The notes under the pieces are model-generated. The model was not told the DNA's origin. It ran no database searches and worked only from the letters and a program-made list of their open reading frames with translations. The position numbers and the translations under genes are program-made. DNA of 64,000 nucleotides from Octopus vulgaris (Eukaryota): contig OX597822.1 in assembly GCA_951406725.2 (NCBI GenBank), positions 6,820,001 to 6,884,000 on the forward strand, written 5' to 3'. This document shows positions 39,172-52,111 of this stretch, one piece after another. The stretch's first letter is position 1; each line of letters starts with the position of its first letter.

Positions 39172-40499
39172 TTGCAGATGTTGTATACCTGTGGAAAATT
39201 GCTGCAGTGGATCACACGTTTGCTACTGAACAGAACGAAACATTTTTATGGCTGAAATCCACTGAAGAGCAATAAATAACGCCAGATGTCTCTAAAGGTA
39301 GAAAATGTTATAGAAAACCGAACAAATATCCAGCCTGGTCTTCAAATTCTTATTCAATGGCCGGAGACGAACAACGGCAGCCATATGAAGAAGAGCCCAA
39401 CCAACAAAACACTTTTTGTTAAAGAGAAAAACTCATAGCCTTCAACACTATCGGGTATAAAGGAATAAATGATGACGAACATCTCAGCTGGGGCATTCGC
39501 GTTATCGAAAAATGTTTAATGGCTTCCAAGCTGAGCTTTTGGATCCTCTCGTTTTTCATTGCAGAAGACCAGATATCATTGTCTTTCTTTGCCAGTTCAT
39601 CCTCTGAATGAAGTTCGATCCTGCGAATATTTCCCATTTGAATTCAAAACGCTGTCATAGGCCATTTGGGTGGTAGACTAAAGCCGTTACAAAGTTTACC
39701 ATCATTACATAGTTCTTGCGCAGGTTTAGTGGCGTTTTTCTGCAGTAAACTCTCGTGTTCTCTGTTGTGAGGAAAATCTCCTCCCTGCTACCAGCCTCAG
39801 AGACTTCGTACCTAAGTAAAAGTATGCAAACAAATAGTACTTACCCAAAATCTTTACATTATTATTATCCTCAGATATACATATTTTATATAATATTGAA
39901 ATTTCTTGTTGATTTACATCTTTCAAACCGTAGCAGAATTAGGAATGATGTTTTATTGAATATTTAATTTTCTTCCCTAACACTGTCTCACATTTGAACC
40001 CTCTTTAAAATGGTATTATTTGCAGAATAGACATGTATATATTTAACAATATAAACAGCAACAACCACCACAACACACACATGCGCTTAGCAATGCGCCT
40101 ACACACACACACAAACGTAGCAGTTCTGCAACGATAAAATTTTCATTCAATTAAATTCAAATTCCAACAAATGCTGACTTCATTCTTTATGATTTACTTG
40201 TGACTCCTATTTCAAATCTAGATTTTTTTTTTCAAATATATTGTTTCTTTGAATTATATTTCAGGTGCACTACTAATACTTCGTATCTGACAAACTTTTA
40301 ATAAACTCCCATTATTCTGCTTCTATTTATGTCATTTCTGTTTATTTGAAATTAAAACCGCTAATATAAAGTCAGTTCCAGCATTATATGAACAAAATAA
40401 CATTCTTTTTTTACAAAAGTTATTCATCAGAAAATTATAATGATTCTCTTCAATCTGCGTATTAAACCCATTCTCATTTTTAACTGAATCTCGTGTGTT

Positions 40500-42360
40500 T
40501 TGGAACTTGAATTTATTCTGAAAAGTACACCCAGGCAACACAATCTTTATTACCAGTTGAAAAGGAGCTAGATTGAGATAGATGAGGAAGCGTCGGCAAT
40601 CATATTCGGTATGAAAAAATTCCATGGAAGAAATTTCTGTCTACAAACGGGTCATCGCCCACCACTGTCAATATACGGTTCTAAAAAAGGATTACCAACA
40701 CACACAGCAAATAGACTACAGCAATGGGGCACTACATTATTGAATTATGACTACAAAATAAAATATTTACCGTAAAAATAAAACTGATGCATGCGGAGTG
40801 TTTGGCGAGACGGATACTGAAACGCTAGGAGCCATTCGAATATACGGTAATCGCAGTTTTAAGAGCAGAAAGAGAAATAAAAAACGTAATGTGGAATGTG
40901 TTACGCAAATTACCGGTAACCCTAGAAGACATAAAGCTAAATGCAGTAAAGGACAAATTCGTAACAGAAGTGAAAAGAACACGGTGGTCAGGAAAAGTAA
41001 ATAGGAACAAGATTGGAGCGGAACGAAACCAAGCCGTAAACCTATTTTCAGTTTGTGATGGCGTCCTGAGGTATGCACAGAGAATAGTGATGCCGGAAAC
41101 ACTATAAAACAAACGGGGACGATAGATTTAATGCGTAGCAACGTGTACATGCCGAAATGGATAGAGATATCGAAAATATAGTAAAAAGCTGTAGAAGATG
41201 TACTCCAGCGGCAAAATTACTGACGACAAAAACTGAACCTTGTCCAAAAGTACATGTTCGATGGTCGAGGCTTCACATCGATTTCGCTGGTCCTTTAAAC
41301 GGTTCATAATACTTAGTGGTAGTTAATAGTTTCTCTAAATGGCCAGAAATGTGTAAGTGTAAGTAGCTAACCTCCTCAAATGTGACACATTTTTTGCATG
41401 AGCTGTTTGCGAGATTTGGCATCACAGATGCAATACTGTCTAACAATAGAACATTGATTTTGTCTTTTGAATTTATAACATTTTGTGCAACATTCCCAGT
41501 AGAACATGTAATTACAGCGCGACACCACCCAGATCTAACAGACAGACAGAACACTTTGCGGATACGTTCAACAGAGCGCTAAGACAGTTGAATAAGGAAG
41601 TGACAGATGAGGTAGCTCTACAACAATACTTCAGAGTATATCGTGTGGCACCAAATCCAAATATACCAGCAGCTATGTTATCAGCGATGCTGATATTTGC
41701 AAGGTAAATAAAATCAGTCTTCGACAAATTGCTATTTAGCAAGAAAAGAGTTATTGCAAGGGAAAATACAGCAAGATTTTTCAAAACTGGTACAAAATTA
41801 TTTATGAGAAAATGTTATAGAAAACCGAACAAATATCCAGCCTGGTCTTCAAATTCTTATAAGAATGGAGAACAGAGTTGGGAAGATGGCGGGGTTACCA
41901 AACGCATAGGAAAAATACCCTACTTGGTAAAAAGTAGAAAATGCGTTACAAGAGATTCATGAAACAACGGAAAAAAAAGATTCGTTGAGAGCGAACCCAA
42001 GAGGATGGAAGAACCAACGGAATGGTTATATGGTACTTTTCAAGTACCAACGCCACAACAGGTGGTTGAACCCAGGTGTAGATGCGTATAAAAAAGAAAA
42101 TCTACGGAGTTCCTGGAAGTGGATGCCAAGCGCAAAAAATAGAGTAACTAAGAGAAAAAAAACCCTAAGAACGGGAAGCGGGGTGAAATAAAAAATGTTG
42201 CTATGAAAAGAAATAAAATGACATTCCCTATGAAAAAAAGGAAAATTTTAAAGGGGAGTTGTGGGGATAATAGTATTAATGGTACACCCCTCCCACGTGA
42301 CGAGTAGATATGGTAGTCGCTATGAATAAGGCGACGTCCTTCAGTATAAGGGAAGAGTAC
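40500..42360 (+). mobile_element. Ty3/Gypsy LTR retrotransposon relic (RNase H, integrase, PPT, start of 3' LTR)
   Basis: EASAIIFGMKKFH...QTGHRPPLSIYGSKKGLPTHTANRLQQW; WSRLHIDFAGPLNG*YLVVVNSFSKWPE; FARFG; purine tract AAAGGGGAG followed by TG at 42260. Many stops. Confidence 0.88.
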
Positions 42361-42365
42361 TAAGA

Positions 42366-42605
42366 ACATTATTTACATTGGACGGATATGTTTCTTCATC
42401 TTGTTTGCTGTTACCACAACGTTTCGGCTGATTCACTCACCAGCCTTCATCAGGTATCCTGGTACAATTTCGAACACAACTGTGAATTCTCATTCCTAAG
42501 GTATTTTTTCTGATATTATTAGGATTGTTTATTCAAGGCACTGCCTGAAATTGAACTCGCAATCTTGGAGTTAGTAGCTGTGCTCTAAACCATTACGCTA
42601 TATGC
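42366..42605 (-). mobile_element. tRNA-headed SINE carrying a hammerhead ribozyme motif (family E)
   Basis: A-box TAGCGTAATGG (42590-42600), B-box-like GTTCAATTT (42548-42556), then TAC-CTGATGA-a-GGCTG(10 nt)CAGCC-GAAAC-GTT-GTG (42415-42456) and a TGTAAATAATGT tail. Confidence 0.78.
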
Positions 42606-42616
42606 ACGAGTGCATA

Positions 42617-42761
42617 ATAACATCAGCAAAAAATACCTTAGGAATGAGAACCCAGGGTTGGGTTCAAAGTTCTACGAGGACACCTGATGAATGTAAATGA
42701 GCCGAAACAATGTGGTAACAACAAACACGATGTGGACACATATCCGTCCAATGTAAATAAT
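42617..42761 (+). mobile_element. Inverted headless copy of the family E body and tail
   Basis: Reverse-complement homologue of 42367-42520; CTGATGA at 42684 and GAAAC at 42704, with stem II damaged. Confidence 0.78.
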
Positions 42762-45218
42762 TTCAATAATTTACAGAACTCCTCATCTCAAAAATATAGA
42801 ATAAACCTTCTCAGATAATCGTGTATTTACTGGTCTAACACCAATAATGCAATACCAGAGTGGACGTAATAAAAATCCGTCATTAACGATTACAATATAT
42901 GCATACACATACGTTCACACGCACACACAGATAGATAGATAGACAGATAGAGAGATAGAGAGATAGATAGAAGGATAGATAGATACAGATATATGCACGC
43001 ACTCACACATGGAAATACACATGCACACAGACATACACTCGAGAATATGCTACGGAAAACAGCTCTGTTACGTTCTTGAACACAGACGAATCCAATCGAA
43101 TAAATTAAATACAATATAAGCTCTGGATTTATTGAAATAATTTCTGCTTCCAGGAAAATTGCCTGATAGCGACACGACTCAACTTCAAATCAGAAGGAGA
43201 AATAATTGCAGCAATTAAGAATTCTGTTGATAAAGGAAATAAAGAATTATTTTAGAATTCTTGATTGTTGAGATTCTACTCCTCTCCCAAATTTGAATTA
43301 GTCCCAATTGCCACAAGATGAATGCATTACCTTCTCTGGAAGCAGAAACAAATTCAATACATCAATAATATACATTCTATATTATTAGATTATTAAATGT
43401 ATTCGCTTTTATTCTTCAACTTCTTGGTAGTAACCATGTCGATGATAGTTCACTGAGTTTTCTATGATATAAATAATTCTTACATTCGTACATAAGCATA
43501 CATATCTTTCCCTTTTCCCGTTTACATCTTTCACTCATTAGACTGCAGCCATCCTGGGGCACGACTTAAATGCTTTTTAGGGGAATGAAACGATCCAATA
43601 ATTATTTTTGCAGAACTACTGTCTTAAGGGGACGTACAGATATTTCAGCAAAGATTCGACGAAATGAAGCTGCGGAAATGAATATCATTATCACCATTAC
43701 TAAATCCATCGCCGTTCCAATATCGCAGCACATTTTAGCCTCAAGAAACAACAAAACGAACATCATGAGAGTATATGGCCTCGTCTCTATTATATCTTCT
43801 AAGTGAACAGACTATCAGACGCCATAGCATTATAGAAATATGTGAAAGGTGTTTGGGCTTTATAGAAAGACAAATCACTATGTCAAAATAGCCACGGCAC
43901 GGGAGGTTTAAAAATATTATTAAAAAAGTGTTTTTTTTCTATTCATATGTATAGTGAAAAATACAAGATTGTCGAAAGGCTCATACATACACAAATCGTG
44001 AGTTGCCTAACTGAAGAATAGAGACAGAACGTGTTCGTTACATTCGGTACCAAATTTGAGCTGCTTGATCTTAGAGTCGCTTCGATGAGTTAGGCAAAAA
44101 GCCAGGCAATGAACCTCATAGAATAGAGTTCGTAGTAATCCGAAAGTGAAGGAGATGGAAGATTGTGGTAGTTCTAGGAGAGGGGAAGACGACAATATCT
44201 TTAAATTACGAAATATTCTGTAAGAAAGAAGTGCAGTGACTGGAATGGATGTTTTGGATTAAACAAGGTAGAAAATCCAACAGATTATCAAAGACATGAT
44301 AACCCTGCTGAACACTCTGCAGCTATTTGAGTGCATACGCTGGTGAGAAGGTGTAAATGTAGTGAAAACATTTTTAACAAATCAAAACATTCAAAACTTA
44401 GTGAAAACTAATATCCCACACTTTACGTGGAACAATTGGTTCAGAATATGCAGAAGATATCGACAATATTTATGAGGTGAACGGGCATTGAAAATGTAAG
44501 GTGATTGCAATCTGAACGGTCGGCTACACAGACCATAAATTTGTGACATGCTCAGTCGACTCGGAGACAACTAAAACGAGAAGTTGCTTACTGGAAATCC
44601 AATGCGTCGGTCCCGACTCGCAAACCTGGAGTGTTCCGAGTGAGGAAATAGCGAAATGACGTTTGAATAGGCCGATCGTCAGCATCCGTTAAGAAGATCG
44701 ACGATAATCTTACGGAAATCGTGGAAGCGCATGAGAATCAAGTAGCTGAGCCATTAAACAGAACCTGCAGCACTAGAACTTCGGACAACTTACGGAAATT
44801 TCGGTTGAAACTTTACTGTGATGCATTGCAAGTTGAAGTCGAACAGCACGGACGATATCTCAGTCAGTTTAGTCCGAAATATGCAGAGAACATCGAAAGC
44901 AACTCATTTAGCGCCTGAGCATTAATTAATTTTGGTATTTGTAGCACAAACGTTCTCACATATAGAACTGGTCCGTCAATCAGCGCTGCTGGTTTCTTCA
45001 CGTTGTGTCATCTTCATTAGTTGATCGGAAGGTAAAGCAGAAACTGCAGAGAGGTACTTTCCGTATCAACTTATTTTATGTTTGAAATGAAGGAGTTTAG
45101 GACTGAGTGGGTGAGAGAGAGAAAGAGAGAGAGAGAGGAAGAAAAAGAGAGGGAGAGGGAGAGAGAGATGCTGTCCGATTGTAGATATAGTCTAAGATGC
45201 GTGCGTGTGGTTTATATA

Positions 45219-45452
45219 TATTTCTTTACTACCCACAAGGGGCTAAACACAGAGGGGACAAGCAAGGACAGACAAAGGGATTAAGTCGATTACATCGACC
45301 CCAGTGCGTAACTGGTACTTATTTAATCGACCTCGAAATGATGAAAGGCAAAGTCGACCTCGGCGGAATCTGAACTCGGAACGTAACGACAGACGAAATA
45401 CGGCTACGCATTTCACCCGGGGTGCTAACGTTTCTGCCAGCTCGCCGACTTT
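45219..45452 (-). mobile_element. SINE family C with a 15-bp TSD
   Basis: CGTGTGGTTTATATA at 45204-45218 and 45453-45467. Confidence 0.92.
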
Positions 45453-46329
45453 CGTGTGGTTTATATAATCTGAGTAAAGATGACGCCTCTGAATAGACAC
45501 GCGCTGGTGGAGTCATTCCACCACCGAAGAAAATGTATTGCAGCATTTATGCGGTTATTTGACATTCTGGATCAATTTAATGATTTGTAGGTACTTCGTT
45601 AAGCAAATATAACAAATTCTAAAGTATACTAAATATCTTTTATAAATGTGTACCACATTCTACTGCATGGTTATTTTGCTAAGGTTACAATATCTGTAGA
45701 AGTAATCTTAACAAAATCCTGATTTCAAGTTCCTTCAACGCTAACTTCATACTTTCAGAGTGGATAAAATAAAGAATTACACCGGTTAATAGAAACAAAT
45801 AACCCAATCTCCTCACAAAATGTCTGGCCTTGAACCGAAGTTATACATATTCATTATTATTATCATTTTTATTGGGTGAGAGAGCATCGCATGCCATGAA
45901 AGTGACACTGAGGTATAAGTATAAGAAACCCAGCATGTCCGAGCAACCACCCTGCTAGACTTCTCTTCACGTCGAGCAGCCATTCTGCTCACAAAGTCCC
46001 TGAACCATGTTTGTTTTAAGGATGACGGACAAAATACCCATGTTTGCAGTGGTGATTTCTTCCAACCCCGAAGCATTCCTTTCAACAGAACACGACTCTG
46101 CGTATACACGTGCTGGTAGCATCACAAACTCTGCTCGTGATGCACATATCGTCAGCCACCAAGTGACATACTCAGCTGGTTATGGTCAAACAACTGGCAA
46201 GCAAATCTGTGGTATTGAGCAGAAGATTTGCTATTGCTCATCTTTTATAGCAAGACAAAACAATGTACATGATAACACTTCCAATCTTTCAAGATCAAAA
46301 GCCATGAGAACCACTGCTGGGTACTGTAT

Positions 46330-46360
46330 CATCGTCATCATCATCATCATCATCATCATC

Positions 46361-46396
<36 letters not shown>

Positions 46397-46479
46397 GGCA
46401 TCATCATCATCGGCATCATCAGCATCTTCCTCCTCCTCCTCCTCCTCATCATCATCATCATCATCACCACCACCACCAA

Positions 46480-46554
<75 letters not shown>

Positions 46555-46577
46555 TTTTATCATTATTATTATCATTA
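46330..46577. repeat. (ATC)n compound microsatellite
   Basis: Visible. Confidence 0.95.
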
Positions 46578-46589
46578 TCTCTTTATCAC

Positions 46590-47245
46590 ATGCTTAGCGG
46601 GCTTGCTACCTGCAGCCTACGGTACCCTGCCAATCGCTCTTTTCAGCCTTCCCGCTTATTCTGGCCGTGCCAAGGAGGTACACCTCTTTTAACAGTTCCA
46701 CTGGATGTTCTATTTCCATTCCCTTTATATTCCTCTCGATGCCTTTTGTTACTGTTCGGAAGGACCCAACAACAATTAGCATTGTCTTTATCTTCATGTT
46801 CCATAGCCGGGCAATTTCGTAGTTAAGGAAGTTGCATCGATCTATTCGCCTTCCTTTTTGACTATTTGTGAGTGAAAGGGGCATGCAACGTCAACTATAC
46901 AGCAAATGTGGTGCACCTTGTCCACCAGCACTAGGTCCGGTCTTTTATGCTCTAGCACCTGATCTATTTGGATTAGGAAATTTCAGAATGCTTTGCTGGG
47001 GTCCGACTCCATACCCCGTCTTACCTCTCTCTAGCCCTCATTTTTTGCACAGTTTCCAGTGAAGCACCTTCGCTACTTGGTCGTGTCGCCACACCTAGTA
47101 GTGGTTTTGGAAAAGTCTAGAACATTTATTCGTGATATGGGCAATAGTTTCATACATTCTATTGCAGAGGAGGCACAGCGGAGATTGCTCATTCTTAAGG
47201 TTGACCCTCCAGATCGTGGTCAAAGCTTGATCCTGTGCTGCCATG
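46590..47245 (-). mobile_element. R4/Dong-like LINE 3' fragment (CCHC knuckle plus RLE)
   Basis: AAQDQAL...CLLC...ETIAHITNKC, RHDQVAK, YEIARLWNM...IVVG...LLGTAR; (TAA)/(CAA)n at its 5' side. Confidence 0.8.
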
Positions 47246-47257
47246 TTGTTGTTGTTG

Positions 47258-47288
<31 letters not shown>

Positions 47289-47369
47289 AATTATTATTAT
47301 TATTATTATTATTAGTGTTATTATTATTATTAGTGTTATTATTATTATTGTTATTATTATTATTATTAT

Positions 47370-47785
47370 TATTTATGGGTTTTTCTTCTTCTTTCAAATT
47401 TGCTTCCATTTCTTGCCGAGTACTTCCCGACTCCTAGGGCAAAGAAACTCATAGTATATATTGGTAGGCCATTAAACTAAACTCACTAGTTCGTTCATTT
47501 TTTTTTATAGAAATAAAGTTAAATTAAAGTACATGGGTAGTAATAGTTTTCACATCGACAATGCTCTTCTCAATACGTGTGATGTACCAGTTAAGACAAT
47601 CTGTTGCACTTCTTGGAGGGATGCTAAGCCAGGGATCATTCTCATATAATTTTCGGTTCCATTCTTGATCATTCCTAGTGCTCCTACGATCACTGGTATT
47701 GTAACCGCCTTGAGATGCCACATTTTCTCAATTTCAATGAGCAGGTCTTTATATTTTCTGAGCTGGTCAAATTCTTTCGCCTTAA
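47370..47785 (-). mobile_element. RLE LINE 3' end in (TAA)n
   Basis: KEFDQLRKYKDLLIEIEKMWHLKAVTIPVIVGALG...LTGTSHVLRRALSM*. Confidence 0.85.
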
Positions 47786-47969
<184 letters not shown>

Positions 47970-48455
47970 CGGTAGTTTTATTTTTATAGCGCGCTTTCGC
48001 TTCACTATCGAGCGCAGCTCTGTGTGCCTTGGGTATGTGCTGTGATTTGGTGTGATGCTCTGATGGTTACTGTATTGAAAGTGTTTTCCGTGGGATGTGT
48101 GCAGTGCCCAATAGTGCAATTTTCTGTATGTTGTATGCCTTTGTAAGCCCTGGTGTTTTTGTTATGTATTTGTCTGAATATTTTTTTATCATACCTAATG
48201 CGTCTAATATGATAGGAATTGTTTCTGTTTTTAGATTCCACATTCGAGTTACTTCTATTTGCAGGTCTTTGTATTTTGAAAGTTTGTCCAATTCTTTTAG
48301 AGACACGTTGTCATCTGCTGGTATTGATACATCAAACAGAAAGTATTTTTTTCTTCATGATGTCTGATAACTATATCTGGTCTATTGGCCTTAATTTCTC
48401 TATCTGTGTGTATTGGCATATCCCAGAGTATAGTTGCTTTCTCTTTTATTATTAT
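47970..48455 (-). mobile_element. RLE LINE 3' end in (TAA)n
   Basis: ILWDMPIHTDREIKANRPDIV; KELDKLSKYKDLQIEVTRMWNL...LLGTAHI; same 3' UTR as 18369. Confidence 0.88.
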
Positions 48456-48463
48456 TGTTGATA

Positions 48464-48528
<65 letters not shown>

Positions 48529-48541
48529 GTTGTTGTTATTA

Positions 48542-48608
<67 letters not shown>

Positions 48609-48619
48609 TATAATTATTA

Positions 48620-48671
<52 letters not shown>

Positions 48672-48679
48672 CATTATTA

Positions 48680-48944
48680 TTCAGTAGTTTTATTTTTATA
48701 ACGTGCTTTCACTTCACTACCGAGCGCTGCTCTGTGTGCCTTGGATATGTACTGTGATTTGTTGTGATGCTCTGATAGTTATTGTATGGAAAGTGTTCTG
48801 CGTAGGATGTGTGCAGTGCCAAGTAGTGCAATTTTCTGTATGTTATATGTGTTTGTAAGTCCTGGTGTTTTTGTTATGTATTTGTCTGAATATTTTTTTA
48901 TCATGCCTAATGCACCTACTATGATAGGAATTGTTTCTGTTTTC
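48680..48944 (-). mobile_element. RLE LINE 3' end in (TAA)n, more truncated copy of the same family
   Basis: Near-identical to 47970-48232. Confidence 0.88.
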
Positions 48945-48993
<49 letters not shown>

Positions 48994-49067
48994 AAACGGC
49001 GAGCTAGCAGACTCGGTAACAAACCGAGGAAATGCTTAGCGGCATTTCGTCCTGCTTTAAGATGCCT

Positions 49068-49178
49068 TTCTATGAGACAAGCATTTCTCGTTGATTATTA
49101 ACTCTTTCGCAGACTCTAATACTTCTATGAGACAAGCATTTCTCGTTGATTATTAACTCTTTCGCAGACTCTAATACT
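49068..49178. repeat. Perfect 55-bp tandem duplication
   Basis: TTCTATGAGACAAG...CTCTAATAC occurs twice (49068-49122 and 49123-49177). Confidence 0.95.
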
Positions 49179-50198
49179 AGAATCTTAAGGCTGATTTAAC
49201 AATATTTTATACACTTTTATACATCATTGATAATACGATTGTATCGATTCAATAGCGATTTGTTTCAATATAAATTAGATATACAATATATTTCCTTTTG
49301 TACAAGAAGTTGAGAACAAACGGTTTTTCAAGCATATAAAATTACGCAATGGTAATTGACAGAGAATATATGTAAAAATATGAAAGGTAAAGAGCTGCAA
49401 ATACAATAGTGTAACATTTAACGTTGCACACGTAATTGGAGAGACATTTACCTTGAGACAATCGAAAAGGTAATGTTCTTTAGCTTAAGTTATCTTTCAG
49501 AAAATTTCTGTTGAGCAAATACAATGGATAAAATAAAGGAACTTAATATAATAAAAACAAACTTAAAATACTCTACAGTAAAGAGTAAATAATATAGAAA
49601 TAAGTAAATGTAAATTAGAATAAGGAATTAGTAATGTACCATACTGTTACTCTTCTGAAATATTGCGTAGTTAAAAAGAAAGAAGTTATGTAATTTAAAA
49701 ACGATAAACAAATTTTGAAATATTGCGTAAGCTTCCCGTCGACTACAAATCATGAGAAAATCTATTCATTCTTTTATCAACAGACAGCTTTTTATATGTC
49801 TAAAAACACAATGCATTGTATTTTTTAGAGGTTTATCGCATAAGTATTATGTTTGTTAACAAAATATTGATTTGTTGTAAAATATATTGAAACTAAATAA
49901 TTATGTAAAACAAAAACCATATAAGGAAAGTGAAAATGACAAAACAAGCTTAGATATCTGTTATAGCCACTACAAAGTTTATTATTAGCTACCGTCGTAG
50001 TATCGCTTCTTGTGCTGGATAAAGTCTACATTGTTTACAAGTACTGGTACTGATGACTGCTTCTATAAGTAATATAACTATCTATTTTAATTTTACCTGC
50101 AGTGTGAAACACAAATTATCGACTGCGTAGCATGAAGCCCAAATTTAAAGAAAAGAATTAAAATTTTACGAAACAATAAATACATTGCAACCAATGGA

Positions 50199-50283
<85 letters not shown>

Positions 50284-50738
50284 TCTTTCCCTGTGCAGTG
50301 AATAAACTCTCGCTTAGATTACGCAGAAATGAAAATAACACTGATAAAACATTTTAACATATATATTTACCAATGTTACATAAAAATATCCTGAAATAGT
50401 AAACAGTAAATTTATCGAATCAAATCGCCATTGGATTTAACCACAGCATCCAGACAACTTCGGAATCCCCAGAAAGTCTTCTGCATCAACAAACAGAAAA
50501 ACGAACACGTGTGAACAGAGTGAATTGCGTCATGGTGCTGTTGTTCTCACAAGAGGTGTCCAACTGACCCTACTATACTGTGTAGTCGACAAAATGATAA
50601 AATCTGACAATGCACATACACGAAATTATACATATAGCATGACGAGAATTTACCCATCGCACGCACACACATTCTCTCCCTCTGTATATATATATATATA
50701 TATATATACACCCCCATATATATATATATATATAGGTA

Positions 50739-52019
50739 CGAGGGGCGTTCAATAAGTAATGCCCCTGACCCACTTCCCATAGCAGTAGAGCAACGAAACT
50801 TGGCACAGTTATTAGTCATTTTCTACCTAGGAACCAGCCAGAGTTACGCATTTCTCTCATCGTGTGATGCAGCTCTGAAGACCGTTTTTGTAGAAGACCC
50901 CAGCTTTTCTCCAACCACGACATGACTTTAGAAATCAAGGCTGCATCATTTGGAAAAGATTTTCCTTTCAAAAACAACTTCATGGCTGGGAAGAGGTGAA
51001 AATCAGAGGGTGCAAGGTCAGGAGAGTAGGCGGATGGGGGAGGAGTTCATAGCCGCACGCCTGTGCTTCTGATCTGGCGACAGCGAGTTGTGGACCGGAG
51101 CCTTGTCCTGCAGGAGGAGGATGCCTTCGCTGATCTTGCCCCGCCTCTTGATTTTGATAGCTTCTCTTAATTTCCTCAAAAGTGAAGCAGAATAGGCTCC
51201 TATAATTGTGGTACCCGTTGCCAGGAAATCTATCATCACTACTCCGTCTTGGTCCCAGAAGACTGTGAGCATGACCTTGCCAGCGGAGCGCTGCACCCTT
51301 GCCTTCTTTGGAGGAGGTGAGTCACGGTGCTTCCACTGTATTGACTGGGCTTTGGTCTCTGGATCATAGTGATGGACCCAGGTTTCATCCTGTGTAATTA
51401 GTCTTTTGAAAAAATTTGACCCATCTTCTTGGTATATCTCCAAATTCATCCTCGAGCACTCGACGCGTTCTTGCTTCTGGAAAGATGTGAGCAACCTGGG
51501 AATCCATCTGGCAGACACGTTTTGCATATGCAAATTGTCATGAATGATAGTTTCCACAGACCCGGTACTAATCTTGACCTCATGGGCTATTTGGCGAATA
51601 GTTATGCGTCGATCTTCCAAAATGGCAGCCTCAACTTGACGGACAGATGCCTCATCAATGGAAGAGGGGGGCGACCAGATCTGGGAGCTGTTTCCACAGA
51701 GTTCCGACCATTTTTGAATTCACGATGCCAGCGTTTTACAAGGTCATATGATGGGGCATCATCACCATAAGTTATTTTCATTTCATCAAAAATCTCCCGT
51801 GGTGTGCGTCCTTTCAAATATAAAAACCGGATCACTGCTCGACACTCAACAGGCTCCATTTCACACGTGACTCAGTTCAAACACTTGTAAATCCGAAACC
51901 ACAATTAGTTCAGAGCTGTAATTTTCCTCTTTATCTATGGAGATATAAACAATTGCACATGCAAAATTTCAGCTAGATCAAACAATTGCCAGTAGGTCAG
52001 AGGCATTACTTATTGAACG
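50739..52019 (-). mobile_element. Mariner (DD34D) transposon, near full length, frameshifted transposase
   Basis: TIRs CGAGGGGCGTTCAATAAGTAATGCCCCTGACC / GGTCAGAGGCATTACTTATTGAACG (last 7 nt missing); transposase starts at 51859 with RSGRP, WIPRLL, DETW, LQD and YSPDLAPSDFHLF. Confidence 0.93.

Positions 52020-52111
<92 letters not shown>

Noticed and set aside
45870-46320. Suspected interspersed repeat and 196-aa ORF at 46007
   Set aside because: Single copy in the window; ORF length is due to (ATC)n.
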